Shown: positions 19,676 to 29,859 of the stretch, piece by piece | Numbering within the stretch: position 1 is the first letter of the stretch | Layout of the letters: every line of letters starts with the position of its first letter | Assembly: GCA_965222605.1 (NCBI GenBank) | Contig: OZ244960.1 | Coordinates: forward strand, 224,001-288,000 | Source: Candidatus Latescibacterota bacterium | Lineage (GTDB): Bacteria > Latescibacterota > UBA2968 | DNA length: 64,000 bases | Direction: 5' to 3' | Translations under genes and position numbers: made by a program | Notes under the pieces: model-generated | What the model was told of the DNA's origin: nothing | The model's database searches: none | The model's input: only the letters and a program-made list of their open reading frames with translations

Positions 19676-19706
19676 AACCGCCCGGCAATAACGGGCGGTT
19701 TTTTTT
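19676..19706 (+). terminator. Intrinsic terminator
   Basis: AACCGCCCG-N7-CGGGCGGTT + T-run. Confidence 0.85.
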
Positions 19707-19845
19707 AGCTATCAGCGGTCAGCAAAGCATGTGTACATAAAGGCCGTCATCGCGGCATGTTTTTGAGCCGCGATCCAGAGGTTTGATTGCCATTACTAAC
19801 GTTGTGGTTGTCCTGCTACTCACTACCCACTGACCGCTGATAGCT
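19707..19845. repeat. 139-bp element bounded by perfect 16-bp inverted repeats, with an internal REP-like hairpin
   Basis: AGCTATCAGCGGTCAG ... CTGACCGCTGATAGCT; internal ATCGCGGC-N10-GCCGCGAT. Confidence 0.7.
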
Positions 19846-19868
19846 GATCCCGAAGTTACATATCGCGC

Positions 19869-19951
19869 TACTAATTATTTCGCATTTTAGACTTGACAGT
19901 GGGTTTTTAATCGGCTATTTTCTTGAAAATTTATGTGCTAATTATTTCGCA
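19869..19951 (+). promoter_or_regulatory. Promoter copy 1 with two putative BlaI operators
   Basis: TACTAATTATTTCGCA (19869), TTGACA (19893)-N17-TATTTT, TGCTAATTATTTCGCA (19936). Confidence 0.75.
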
Positions 19952-20002
19952 AAATATCATTCAGGTTGATAAAAAGACCACCCCCTTTTAAAGGAAATAA
20001 CA

Positions 20003-22399
20003 ATGCGATTTAAAACTCATATCGGATTGATCGCGTTAGCTTGCTTTTTGGGTACTGGCTCGTCCAAAGGCGAAACAACCATAGACTCGCTGTTTCAAGC
20101 GGCAGTAGAGCACGGCAAGGTGAGCCGTGCGGAAAGCATTGTGGCTTTCGAGGAGATTATTTCCAAAGATAGAAATTATGCGCCTGTATACAACGAATTG
20201 GCCAAACTGCATCTGTTGGACTACAGCGTAAATGGCCGACAGCGCGCAATGCGGAGGATCCAGCAGGCAATCGAAATTGATCCCGCCAATATTGAGTATC
20301 GGCTGACACGCGGGAAGATTTTGTGGCATCAAGGCTTTCGGTCACGCGCATTGAACCAATTCAAAGACGTGATCGAAAAGCATCCGCAAAATACGGATGT
20401 TCTCAATGGTCTGGGTATGTTCTGGGTGTATGATTTCTTGGCACAGAAAGATAGAAGAACTATACATTATTCAAGAATCACAGGAGCGAGAAAATCCATA
20501 GATTTCAAGATATTTGCCCAGGAACCCAAACAAGAAGCAATTCAGGTCTTGCGAAAAAGTATCCAATTGGATGGGACCAATCAGCAACCCTATTATTTGT
20601 TGGGCATCCTTTACTTTGAAGATAAATACTGGGATGCGTTCCATGCCCTGATGCAAGCCCTGCGCGCGCAATATCCAGATGACAAAAATGCACTGTTGTT
20701 CTGTGGACTTGCCGCCTATCAGATTGGCGAGTTCAATGAATCGCATGAATACTATCAACGCGCTCTTGACTTGATGAGTGTGGAAGAGCGCGAGTTGCTC
20801 GAATCTATCGACCTGCTCGTGCCTCAAGAAGATCATGCATCCCGCGATACGACGCAGACGATTGATGAGCTATTGGAACGCGAGATGTTTTGGAAGAGTC
20901 AGGACCCGCTCTATTTATCTGATTTTAACGAAAGAAAGATGGCACACTTTGGTCGAATGGCTTATGCAAATTTGCGGTTCAGGCGATTTTCAGATAATGT
21001 CGAAGGCTGGCAGACGGATATGGGGAAGACCTATATCAAATTTGGAAGATATAGAGGTCGATTGACAATCTATAAAGCGGCCTGGGATTCTAAAGAGGTC
21101 TTGAATGCTGCAATGATGGAGCTCTGGTATTACGAAAACTTTTATTTCAAATTTTGTGGCACCACGGATGATATCTGGCATTTTTGCGGCGGAACTGTGG
21201 TCGGCGGCGCAAGTCTGGTCCCTAAAGTAGAAACCAGTGCCTTTAATATCAACCCCAACGCTGGTTTGCCACGAAGAGCACCGTCTTCTTATGTACCACC
21301 TGCATTGGAAGAGGCCTCGCATCATACCTTCCGAAAAACAGCCCAACGCTTTGTTGACCCGTATTTAGAGAGAAAATACACCCTCCCCTATCAGATCGCT
21401 GCCTTTGAAGAACAAAACAGGATGCGGATCGAACTCAGCTATATGATTCCCAAAGACCGATTAACAGAAAATCCTGAAACGGGTAAAGTGAGTTTTTGGG
21501 ACGGCGTCTTCTTCTATGATCAGCAGTGGAATGATATGTATAACCATCGCAAATCCAAGACCCTCTCTTTGCTGCAGCCGAAGCCGGCACAAAACGCCGC
21601 TGCACAACATCGCAACGATCACCTGTTGATCTCGCGCACGGTATCTGTACGCCAGGACAGCTATCATTTTTCAGTAGAATTGTTGGATCAAACATCTGGT
21701 CTAATTGGTGTGGCACGCGACGAGAAACCCTTCGTGTATGATCAGGAGACCTTCCATCTGAGTGATCTGTTGGTCGGCAGCGATATTCAAGCGCGCAATG
21801 CATTGATAGAAAACCGTGCCGATCTGCACATCATCCCCAATCCAGTTCGCACATTTGCACCATCTGAACCAGTGTTTATCTATCTGGAACTATATGATCT
21901 CCAACGCGACGACTTTGGCAGCACGCGGTATGAGATTTCCTACACCATCGGCAAGCCAGAGGTGGATACCCTGTCTCCGACCTTGTTCGCATCTCAAAGT
22001 CTGATTGAGACCATGGGTAAAACAGAGATTGATCTGCGGAGAGGACAAACAGATTATATAGCCGCTCAGGGGTTGCAGACAGATCGATCAGAGGATAGCG
22101 AGGAGGACATTAGCGCATTTGTCGATAGCCTTATGTTGGGTGAGACGATGGTTTATACGAGTGGTGGTCAAGTCCATCACATCCCTGCTGAGGGCTTGGA
22201 GATCAAGCGGTCACGACATGGCGATTTGACCCGCACAGTGACAGCCGATTACGAAGGCAATCGAGAAAATGATTTTACGTATTTGCAGATTGATGTGAAT
22301 CAGGTACCTGAAGGGATTTATCAACTGACGGTATTGGCGAAGGACAAGCGGACTGAGCAGACGGATAGGAAATACGTTTATTTCCGAATTGTAGAGTAA
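20003..22399 (+). CDS. GWxTD domain protein, copy 1 (signal peptide, TPRs, GWxTD, Ig-like C-terminus)
   Basis: FWKSQDP...NER..HFGR.AYAN..F...GWQTDMGKTYIKFG; TPR-like repeats; GIYQLTV. Confidence 0.85.
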   Translation: MRFKTHIGLIALACFLGTGSSKGETTIDSLFQAAVEHGKVSRAESIVAFEEIISKDRNYAPVYNELAKLHLLDYSVNGRQRAMRRIQQAIEIDPANIEYRLTRGKILWHQGFRSRALNQFKDVIEKHPQNTDVLNGLGMFWVYDFLAQKDRRTIHYSRITGARKSIDFKIFAQEPKQEAIQVLRKSIQLDGTNQQPYYLLGILYFEDKYWDAFHALMQALRAQYPDDKNALLFCGLAAYQIGEFNESHEYYQRALDLMSVEERELLESIDLLVPQEDHASRDTTQTIDELLEREMFWKSQDPLYLSDFNERKMAHFGRMAYANLRFRRFSDNVEGWQTDMGKTYIKFGRYRGRLTIYKAAWDSKEVLNAAMMELWYYENFYFKFCGTTDDIWHFCGGTVVGGASLVPKVETSAFNINPNAGLPRRAPSSYVPPALEEASHHTFRKTAQRFVDPYLERKYTLPYQIAAFEEQNRMRIELSYMIPKDRLTENPETGKVSFWDGVFFYDQQWNDMYNHRKSKTLSLLQPKPAQNAAAQHRNDHLLISRTVSVRQDSYHFSVELLDQTSGLIGVARDEKPFVYDQETFHLSDLLVGSDIQARNALIENRADLHIIPNPVRTFAPSEPVFIYLELYDLQRDDFGSTRYEISYTIGKPEVDTLSPTLFASQSLIETMGKTEIDLRRGQTDYIAAQGLQTDRSEDSEEDISAFVDSLMLGETMVYTSGGQVHHIPAEGLEIKRSRHGDLTRTVTADYEGNRENDFTYLQIDVNQVPEGIYQLTVLAKDKRTEQTDRKYVYFRIVE

Positions 22400-22409
22400 A
22401 GGAATAACA

Positions 22410-24863
22410 ATGCGATTTACAACTCATATCGGATTGATCGCGTTGGTTTGTCTTTTGGGTTCTGGCTTGACCAGAGGCGAAACCACAATAGACACGCTGT
22501 TTCAGAATGCAATGGAGCAAGTCGGTCAGGTGAGTCGAAAGGAAAGCATCAAAGCTTTCGAGGAGATTATTTCCAAAGATAGAGATTATGCACCTACATA
22601 TAATGAATTGGCCAAACTGCATCTGTTGGACCACAGCGTAAATGGGCGACAGCACGCAATGCAGATGATCCGGCAGGCAATCGCGCTTGACCCTGCCAAT
22701 GTTGAGTATCGGTTGACACGCGGAAAGATTTTGTGGCATCAAGACTTTCGGTCACGCGCCTTGAACCAATTCAAAGACATGACCAAAAAGCATCCGCAAA
22801 ATACGGTTGTCCTCAATAGTATAGGTATGTTCTTGGTGTATGATTTCCTATCACAGAAAGATAGAAGAGCGCCATTGAAAGAGATGGACATGGGGTCCAG
22901 GGTACCACATTACAAGACAATGGCAATGAAGCCCAGGATAAAAGATTTCAAGACCTTTGCCCAGGAATCCAAACAAGAAGCAATCCAGGTCCTGCGAAAA
23001 AGCATCCAATTGGATGCCACTAATCAGCAATCCTATTATTTGCTGGGCATCCTCTACTTTGAAGATGAGAACTGGAATGCGTTTCATGCCTTGATGCAAG
23101 ACTTGTACGCGCACAACCCAGATGACAAAAATGCGCTCTTGTTCTGTGGGCTTGCCGCCTATCAAATTGGCGAATTCAATGACTCACATGAATACTATCA
23201 ACGCGCCCTTGACTTGATGAGTGTTGAAGAACGTGAGTTGCTCGAATCAATTGACCTGCTCGTGTCCGAAGAAGATCATGCATCCCGCGATACGACGCAG
23301 GCAATTGATGAATTATTAGAACGCGAGATGTTTTGGAAGCGCCAGGACCCGCTCTATTTGTCTGATTTTAATGAAAGAAAGATGGCACATTTTGGTCGCA
23401 TGGCTTATGCAAATTTGCGGTTCAGGCGATTTTTGGATGATGTTGAGGGGTGGCAGACAGATATGGGGAAGACCTACATCAAATTTGGAAGATATAGACG
23501 TCGCGTGACAACCTATAAAGGGACATGGGATTCTGAAAAGGTCCTGGATGCCGCAATGATGGAGTTCTGGTATTACGAAAACTTTCAGTTCAAATTTTGT
23601 GGCACTACGGATGATATCTGGCATTTTTGCGGCGGTGCTGTAGGCTACCTCCCAAGCACGGTGCCTGCAGTAGAAACCAGTGGTTTTACGATCACGAAGA
23701 GAGCAGAGGATGATGTTAAGAGGATACGACCGTATTTTATGATGAGAATATCACCGGCTTCCTTTGTTCCACCTATATCTATATTAACAGAAGCCCCGCA
23801 TCATATCTTCCGAAAAATAGCCCAACGCTTTGTCGATCCTTACCTCAATCGAAAATACACTCTTCCCCATCAGATCGCCGCCTTTGAAGAACGAGACAGC
23901 ATGCGGGTCGAACTCAGCTATATGATTCCCAAAGACCGATTAACAGAAAATTCCGAAACGGGCAAGGTGAGTTTTTGGGATGGGGTGTTCTTCTTTGATC
24001 AGCAGTGGAATGAGGTGTATAAATATCGCAAATCCGTGAGCTTTGCATTGCCGCCGCAGAAGCCAGCCTCCAATGCTGCTGCACGACATCGCAACGATCA
24101 CCTGTTGATCTCCCGCACATTGTCTGTACCTCAAGGCAGCTATCATGTTTCTGTAGAATTATTGGATCAGACATCCGGCGCAATTGGTATTGCACGCAAT
24201 GAGGAACAATTTTTGTATGACCAGGAGCCCTTTCATCTGAGCGATCTGCTCGTCGGCAACGATATTCAAACGAAGAAAGCATTGCCAGAAAGCCGCGACG
24301 ACCTGCACATCACACCCAATCCTGTTCGCACATTTTCACAGTCTGAACCGGTCTTTATCTATCTGGAACTGTATGATCTCCAACGCGACGATTTTGGCAG
24401 TACGCAGTATGAGATCTCCTACACCATTGGCAAGCCAGAGGTAGATACGCTATCGCCCACATTGTTCGCGTCTCAAAACGTGATTGACACCTTGGGTACC
24501 ACGACAATTGATCTGCGGGTTGAACAAGCAGAATCCAGTCTCGCAGAAGGCTTGGTGACAGAGGGGTCACAAGATGGTCTGTTTGGTGATAGTGATATAT
24601 GGGGCGAGACGAAGGTTTATACGAGTGGTGGTCAAGTCCATCACATCGCCGCCGAAGGCTTGAAGATCAACCGATCAAAAGATGGCGATTTGACCCGTAC
24701 AGTAACAGCCAACTACGAAGGCAATCGAGAAAATGATTTCACGTATTTGCAGATTGATGTGAATCAGGTGCCTGAAGGGATTTATCAATTAACTGTATTG
24801 GCAAAAGACAAGCAGACTGATCAGACGGATAGGAAATACGTTTATTTTCGGGTTGTAAAGTGA
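22410..24863 (+). CDS. GWxTD domain protein, copy 2
   Basis: Same architecture and motifs as copy 1. Confidence 0.85.
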   Translation: MRFTTHIGLIALVCLLGSGLTRGETTIDTLFQNAMEQVGQVSRKESIKAFEEIISKDRDYAPTYNELAKLHLLDHSVNGRQHAMQMIRQAIALDPANVEYRLTRGKILWHQDFRSRALNQFKDMTKKHPQNTVVLNSIGMFLVYDFLSQKDRRAPLKEMDMGSRVPHYKTMAMKPRIKDFKTFAQESKQEAIQVLRKSIQLDATNQQSYYLLGILYFEDENWNAFHALMQDLYAHNPDDKNALLFCGLAAYQIGEFNDSHEYYQRALDLMSVEERELLESIDLLVSEEDHASRDTTQAIDELLEREMFWKRQDPLYLSDFNERKMAHFGRMAYANLRFRRFLDDVEGWQTDMGKTYIKFGRYRRRVTTYKGTWDSEKVLDAAMMEFWYYENFQFKFCGTTDDIWHFCGGAVGYLPSTVPAVETSGFTITKRAEDDVKRIRPYFMMRISPASFVPPISILTEAPHHIFRKIAQRFVDPYLNRKYTLPHQIAAFEERDSMRVELSYMIPKDRLTENSETGKVSFWDGVFFFDQQWNEVYKYRKSVSFALPPQKPASNAAARHRNDHLLISRTLSVPQGSYHVSVELLDQTSGAIGIARNEEQFLYDQEPFHLSDLLVGNDIQTKKALPESRDDLHITPNPVRTFSQSEPVFIYLELYDLQRDDFGSTQYEISYTIGKPEVDTLSPTLFASQNVIDTLGTTTIDLRVEQAESSLAEGLVTEGSQDGLFGDSDIWGETKVYTSGGQVHHIAAEGLKINRSKDGDLTRTVTANYEGNRENDFTYLQIDVNQVPEGIYQLTVLAKDKQTDQTDRKYVYFRVVK

Positions 24864-24906
24864 AGTACGATACCAATTCGCCGGTTGTGTCTTGATATTC
24901 GTCCTG

Positions 24907-24934
24907 ACCGCCCAGCAGCAACGGGCGGTTTTTT
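24907..24934 (+). terminator. Intrinsic terminator
   Basis: ACCGCCC-N9-GGGCGGT + T-run. Confidence 0.75.
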
Positions 24935-24975
24935 ATTTTTGAGTCAACTGCAATCTTCTGTGCATTTAAAAACAC

Positions 24976-25058
24976 TGCTAATTTTTTCGCTATTTGGGCT
25001 TGACAACGAATTTTTAATCGGCTATGTTTCTGAAAATTGGTATGCTAATTATTTCGCA
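24976..25058 (+). promoter_or_regulatory. Promoter copy 2 with two putative BlaI operators
   Basis: TGCTAATTTTTTCGCT (24976), TTGACA (25000)-N17-TATGTT, TGCTAATTATTTCGCA (25043). Confidence 0.8.
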
Positions 25059-25079
25059 TAGTATCATTCAGGTTAATAA

Positions 25080-25259
25080 CTGATGTTACGCATAGGCACA
25101 ATATAATGCGCCTGTCATTCTGAGCGGAGCGCAGCGGAGTCGAAGAATCTATATACTTCAGAGGTAAAAGATGCTTCGTCAGCCTATCGGGTGTTGGGCG
25201 CAGGAGATTCATTGCGCCCGCCTCAGCATGACAGAAACGCGAGACATGCGTAACATCAG
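25080..25259. mobile_element. 180-bp MITE-like element in the blaI leader
   Basis: 14-bp TIR CTGATGTTACGCAT/ATGCGTAACATCAG; TTAATAA direct repeat at 25073 and 25260; the paralogous leader at ~32535 is the empty site. Confidence 0.88.
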
Positions 25260-25279
25260 TTAATAAAAAGGAGCTAAAA

Positions 25280-25663
25280 ATGGCAAGGCCACGACAAGAG
25301 GGTTTGACTGCCCGAGAGATAGAACTCATACAGGTACTCTGGCAACAGAAACAGGCAACCGTCGAGATGATCCAGGCAAAATTGCCCGACCGATTAGAAG
25401 GATCAACCATTCGCACACTCTTACAGATTATGGAAGACAAAGGCTATGTGGCACACGAAAAACAAGGACGCGCCAATGTGTACCGCCCCGTGATCGAACA
25501 GCAGAGAGTTCAATCATCGGCAATGAAACACATCATTCAAAAACTATTTGGCGGTTCAACCGAACTCTTGCTGGCGCGACTGGTTGAAGACGAAGAGATA
25601 GATCTGGACGACGTCGCGCGATTGCGTGCAAAACTCAAGCAACGCAAAGGAGGCGCATCATGA
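25280..25663 (+). CDS. BlaI/MecI/CopY-family repressor, copy 1
   Basis: LTAREIELIQVLW...STIRTLLQIMEDKGYV...GRANVYRP...LFGGS. Confidence 0.92.
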   Translation: MARPRQEGLTAREIELIQVLWQQKQATVEMIQAKLPDRLEGSTIRTLLQIMEDKGYVAHEKQGRANVYRPVIEQQRVQSSAMKHIIQKLFGGSTELLLARLVEDEEIDLDDVARLRAKLKQRKGGAS

Positions 25664-28600
25664 TCGACACATTGGTCAATGTCCTGGACCCGATTGCCAT
25701 CTTTCTCCTCGATGCGACTATCAAGACCACCCTATTTATGGGTCTTGTTCTACTTGCAGTGTGGCTCCTGGGTACGCGACAGGCAGCAAAGCGCAGTTTG
25801 TTTTTGAACTGGTGTCTTGTTTGCGTGCTGGTCATTCCCATCGCGTCTTTGTGTATGCCTTCCCTGCGATTTCAATTTGATGCGCCATCGCTTCCTTCAG
25901 AACCGGTTCTTCCGACTGCTCGACCTGTAGTTGCCCCCGAGAAACCTCTGGCAAAATCCACATCTGCATTGAAGCAACAAAGAGGATCTGATAGGGCGTT
26001 TTCAGAAAACCCAGAACTATCTCAAAACTTCGTATCTCCCCCGCCTGCACAAATTGTTTTCGCCAAAAATGCCTCGACAAAATCCATTGATTGGACGCCC
26101 TATATTCTATGTGGTGTAATGGCAGTCTATGCTATTGGCGTGTTGGTTTTGTTAATTCGCATAATCTATTGTCTGATAATGGTTTGTAAGTTTCGTCGAT
26201 CTCTATTGTCCTGTGAAGACGAACAGTTCCAAAATGATTTGCAGATGTTAAGAAAGCAACTGGGTATTCGGCGATCTGTTGCACTCGCCATCAGTGACAA
26301 AATCGGCAGCCCAACGCAAGTCGGACTCCTGAAGCCTGTAATCGTATTGCCCACGCTGATGGTCAAATCGCGCGACCAGTTGGAATCGATTTTGATTCAC
26401 GAACTCATTCATGTAAAACGATGGGATTGCTTGTATCGCTTGCTGGCAATGATCAGCATAGCGTTTTACTGGTTCAATCCCCTATTTCACCGCGTCAAAC
26501 ATCTGCTTTTTGAAGTGCAAGAACAAGCCTGTGATGATTGGACAGTGACTGCAACCGGAAATTCTGAAAGCTATGCGGATACGCTCCTGAATGTAGCAAC
26601 CCAACTACAACCTCGTCCTGCGATGGCATTGGGCATGGACATGGCGCGAACAACTCAGGTCATGGATCGGGTCAATCGCATTATCACTCTGGGCGGTCAT
26701 GTAACCCCGCGCGTTGGTCGCGTATCAGCACTTGTAATGGCAGTAGTATTTATCGGCGGGGCGACAGCCATTGGCAGCCTGACCACTGCACAGGTCGATC
26801 ACAATGATCAAAAACTTGTGTTCGAGGGCGGCATTGCCGTAATCGATACCAGTGACGTATCCCAGCGAGCACTTCCAATGAAAATGCGCGATGGCCGCCT
26901 GTGGTGGCGTGGAGAGAACGGCCTTTATTTGCAAGATGGAGATACATGGCAAAAATTCACATTGCCAGAAGATGGTTCATTTGCAAGCATCAGAGCCTTT
27001 ATACAAGCGCGCAATGGCTCGGTATGGTTTGCTGGTTCGTATAAGGGACGCCCGGTTATCGCAAACTTCAACGGCAAGACATGGCAAGTATGGGATTCAA
27101 AAACAACTGGCCTGGGAAAAATCACTGTTGGCTATAAGTTTGCCGAAGATGATGATGGCGGTATCTGGATTGCCCAGGGCCATGAAAAAAGTATCAGAGC
27201 ACGCGGGGGCAATGATCGCGTCAAAGGTGGAAACGGGGTCTTGCACTTTGATGGTAAAATCTGGCACAACTATACTGTAGAAGACGGGTTGATTCACAAC
27301 CGGGTTTACAATGTGGAAGCCGATCCCAAAGGCGGCGTGTGGGTCGCAACCTATCGCGGATTGAGCCATTACAAAGAGGGGAAATGGACCTCCCGCATTG
27401 TCGATAGTGTACCCGTAGAGGGCGTGCGTAATGGCAATATATACGAGGGTCGCAAGACCTATAAGCTATTTTATGACCAGGAAGGCACGCTTTGGACTAT
27501 ACATGGATCGACGGTTGGGTGCACCATAACGAGAAGTCGATCAACCCTATCGAGTTTTGATGGCAGAGCATGGACACACTATGATGCACATGTTGGATTG
27601 CCCATTCGCGCTTCTCGATATATCTGGCAAACAGAAAACGGCGATCTGTGGTTTGGTACAAAGCGAGATGACCAGGGGGATGTAGAGGCAAAAGGTCTGG
27701 TGCGTTATAAAGATGGGATGTGGTTGCGGTTGACACGCAAGCACGGCATTCCCGGCGATTTTGTATGGGGTTTTGTCGAAAAAGGCGATGGGTCTTTTTA
27801 TTTGGGTGTTTCCAGTATTATACCACCCAGAACGAGTCTATCAACGATATGGAAACTTTCTGGTACTGCATCGTATCGTCCCCCCACTGATCATCTGACA
27901 ACGATTTCTGGCAAGGTTACAGACCAGCGCGACAGCCAACCCGTAGTAAATATGGGAATATGGGTTGAATACGACGATGGCGAGGTGCATGCCGGAACCA
28001 GGACAGACGAAAATGGACACTATCGCGTCGAAGTGACCCCCGGAGTATATCGCGTGCGGATTGCGTCCAAGAATGCGGCTGAACCCGTGACTGTTGAGGC
28101 AAAACCCGAGGGTAAAATTGAAGAGGTCAATCTGCTCTTGCTCAACTCGCGCCGCATCTCTGGTCTCGTACGCGACAAGTTCGATAATCCGATTGCCAAC
28201 GCTGTTGTGGTGATTTCGGATGATTCTTCAAAAGATCGACGCCTATCTCCCCAGGTCGTGACCACAGATGCTAATGGGAAATTTGAAGGCTGGCAGGTCG
28301 CGGGACTACAGGCTACTTTTGACGTCGCCGCAGAAGGGTATGCGCCGTACCACTTAGATATGTCCTTTCGTGAGTTCTGGTTAGATGCGCTTGAGCGAGA
28401 AACCGGAGAACGGCCTCAAAACATTGAAAATCTGGACAATTTGCCCAATGTTCAAATCAGAATGTATATGGACAAGGGAATGACCTTACACGGTCGCGTT
28501 ATTGATGAATTGGGCAAACCCATTGCCTGGACACGCGTTGGCCTTGGGCCTCCACCAGATCCTAAAAAGAAAGTATATTCACTGCCCCCGTTGTCCTTTC

Positions 28601-29817
28601 AGCGCAATACTTATACGGATGCGTCGGGTTTGTTCACTCTGAATGATGTAGATGAGAAAAAAAGTCACGTCTGGGTGAATCACCCTGAAATTGGAATTGT
28701 GAGTCAAGAAGTTATGCCTGTCGATGGCGTAGTAGATATCCGGGTAGAGCGTCCGCGTTTGTATTCTGTTTCAGGCGTAGTGTCGCTAACTGGTGTTCCT
28801 GTAGAAAGACTGACAGTCAGTACCTTTGCCCTATTTATTGGAGCAGAATCGAGAATGAAAAGAGTCCTTACAGATGCGAATGGTGCGTATCGTCTGGAGG
28901 GTCTCGAGCCGGGTAAATATCGCATCAGGGTGAACGTACTTGACCGAGTAAAAAAAGATGGGCGGATGATCACATTGAACCGCACTATTCAATCTCGGAC
29001 GCTGGCGATTGAAAACCGCGATGTGACACTAAATTTTGCACCCCTGAGCGATGCGCGAATAACGGGTGTTGCCACTTACAACGGACAGCCTGTTTCAGAT
29101 GTTTATGTAGGTACCTATGTTTTAACCGATGATCTCAGGAACGTCGTCTCACTCAGGAGCACAAAAACAAACCAAAAAGGACAGTTTGAGGTCCGCGATC
29201 TACCTTCTGCACGGATTGCCCTTTCTTTTACCAAATGGGATCGTCCTTTTGGTAGTATGCTCTGGAGCAAGGTTGATACGATTGATCTGACAGGAAAGAA
29301 AGAATTAAATTATGTGGAAAATTTGGCTGTGCTGGCAGAACGGGATATGCAAAAGCACATGAACACGCACGGACTCGGGACGTTGCGCGTGTGGGATACG
29401 GCACCCGATTTTGAGGCAAAGCAGCTAGATGGGTCAACCTTCCGTCTCTCAGATTACCGGGGCAAAAAAGCCGTTTTGATCGATTTTTGGGCAACGTGGT
29501 GTGGTCCCTGTATTAAGGAAATTCCGACAATCAAAAGAATTGCCGAAACCTATCGTGGCCAGGGATTGGAAGTTGTGGGCGTGAGTTTGGATCGGGATGA
29601 GCAAGCACTGCGAGATTTTGTAAAAAAAGAAAAGTTGAGCTATGTGCAGGTATATGGTCAAGAAAAAGCACAGGAAATATCAAAATCCTACGGCGTATGG
29701 GGCATCCCATCGGTATTTCTGGTGGATAAAAATGGCTTCATCAATGCGCTAAATCTGCGAGGAGAACGCACGGAAGAGGCAGTGAAGGCGTTATTCACTG
29801 GTACTACAGATGGCTGA
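25660..29817 (+). CDS. M56 (BlaR1-like) metallopeptidase-propeller-Ig-TlpA fusion, copy 1
   Basis: ATGA overlap with blaI; HELIHVKRWD, WFNPL, EQACDD; extracytoplasmic part homologous to 16637-19639; WCGPC. Confidence 0.9.
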   Translation: MIDTLVNVLDPIAIFLLDATIKTTLFMGLVLLAVWLLGTRQAAKRSLFLNWCLVCVLVIPIASLCMPSLRFQFDAPSLPSEPVLPTARPVVAPEKPLAKSTSALKQQRGSDRAFSENPELSQNFVSPPPAQIVFAKNASTKSIDWTPYILCGVMAVYAIGVLVLLIRIIYCLIMVCKFRRSLLSCEDEQFQNDLQMLRKQLGIRRSVALAISDKIGSPTQVGLLKPVIVLPTLMVKSRDQLESILIHELIHVKRWDCLYRLLAMISIAFYWFNPLFHRVKHLLFEVQEQACDDWTVTATGNSESYADTLLNVATQLQPRPAMALGMDMARTTQVMDRVNRIITLGGHVTPRVGRVSALVMAVVFIGGATAIGSLTTAQVDHNDQKLVFEGGIAVIDTSDVSQRALPMKMRDGRLWWRGENGLYLQDGDTWQKFTLPEDGSFASIRAFIQARNGSVWFAGSYKGRPVIANFNGKTWQVWDSKTTGLGKITVGYKFAEDDDGGIWIAQGHEKSIRARGGNDRVKGGNGVLHFDGKIWHNYTVEDGLIHNRVYNVEADPKGGVWVATYRGLSHYKEGKWTSRIVDSVPVEGVRNGNIYEGRKTYKLFYDQEGTLWTIHGSTVGCTITRSRSTLSSFDGRAWTHYDAHVGLPIRASRYIWQTENGDLWFGTKRDDQGDVEAKGLVRYKDGMWLRLTRKHGIPGDFVWGFVEKGDGSFYLGVSSIIPPRTSLSTIWKLSGTASYRPPTDHLTTISGKVTDQRDSQPVVNMGIWVEYDDGEVHAGTRTDENGHYRVEVTPGVYRVRIASKNAAEPVTVEAKPEGKIEEVNLLLLNSRRISGLVRDKFDNPIANAVVVISDDSSKDRRLSPQVVTTDANGKFEGWQVAGLQATFDVAAEGYAPYHLDMSFREFWLDALERETGERPQNIENLDNLPNVQIRMYMDKGMTLHGRVIDELGKPIAWTRVGLGPPPDPKKKVYSLPPLSFQRNTYTDASGLFTLNDVDEKKSHVWVNHPEIGIVSQEVMPVDGVVDIRVERPRLYSVSGVVSLTGVPVERLTVSTFALFIGAESRMKRVLTDANGAYRLEGLEPGKYRIRVNVLDRVKKDGRMITLNRTIQSRTLAIENRDVTLNFAPLSDARITGVATYNGQPVSDVYVGTYVLTDDLRNVVSLRSTKTNQKGQFEVRDLPSARIALSFTKWDRPFGSMLWSKVDTIDLTGKKELNYVENLAVLAERDMQKHMNTHGLGTLRVWDTAPDFEAKQLDGSTFRLSDYRGKKAVLIDFWATWCGPCIKEIPTIKRIAETYRGQGLEVVGVSLDRDEQALRDFVKKEKLSYVQVYGQEKAQEISKSYGVWGIPSVFLVDKNGFINALNLRGERTEEAVKALFTGTTDG

Positions 29818-29859
29818 TAACCTTTTTTATAGCATTGATGATCATTTGAAAGGAATACA

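Noticed and set aside
20003-20080. Lipobox (LAC) in GWxTD signal peptides
   Set aside because: Short h-region, poor consensus, Cys absent in copy 5; SPI cleavage before ETT is more plausible
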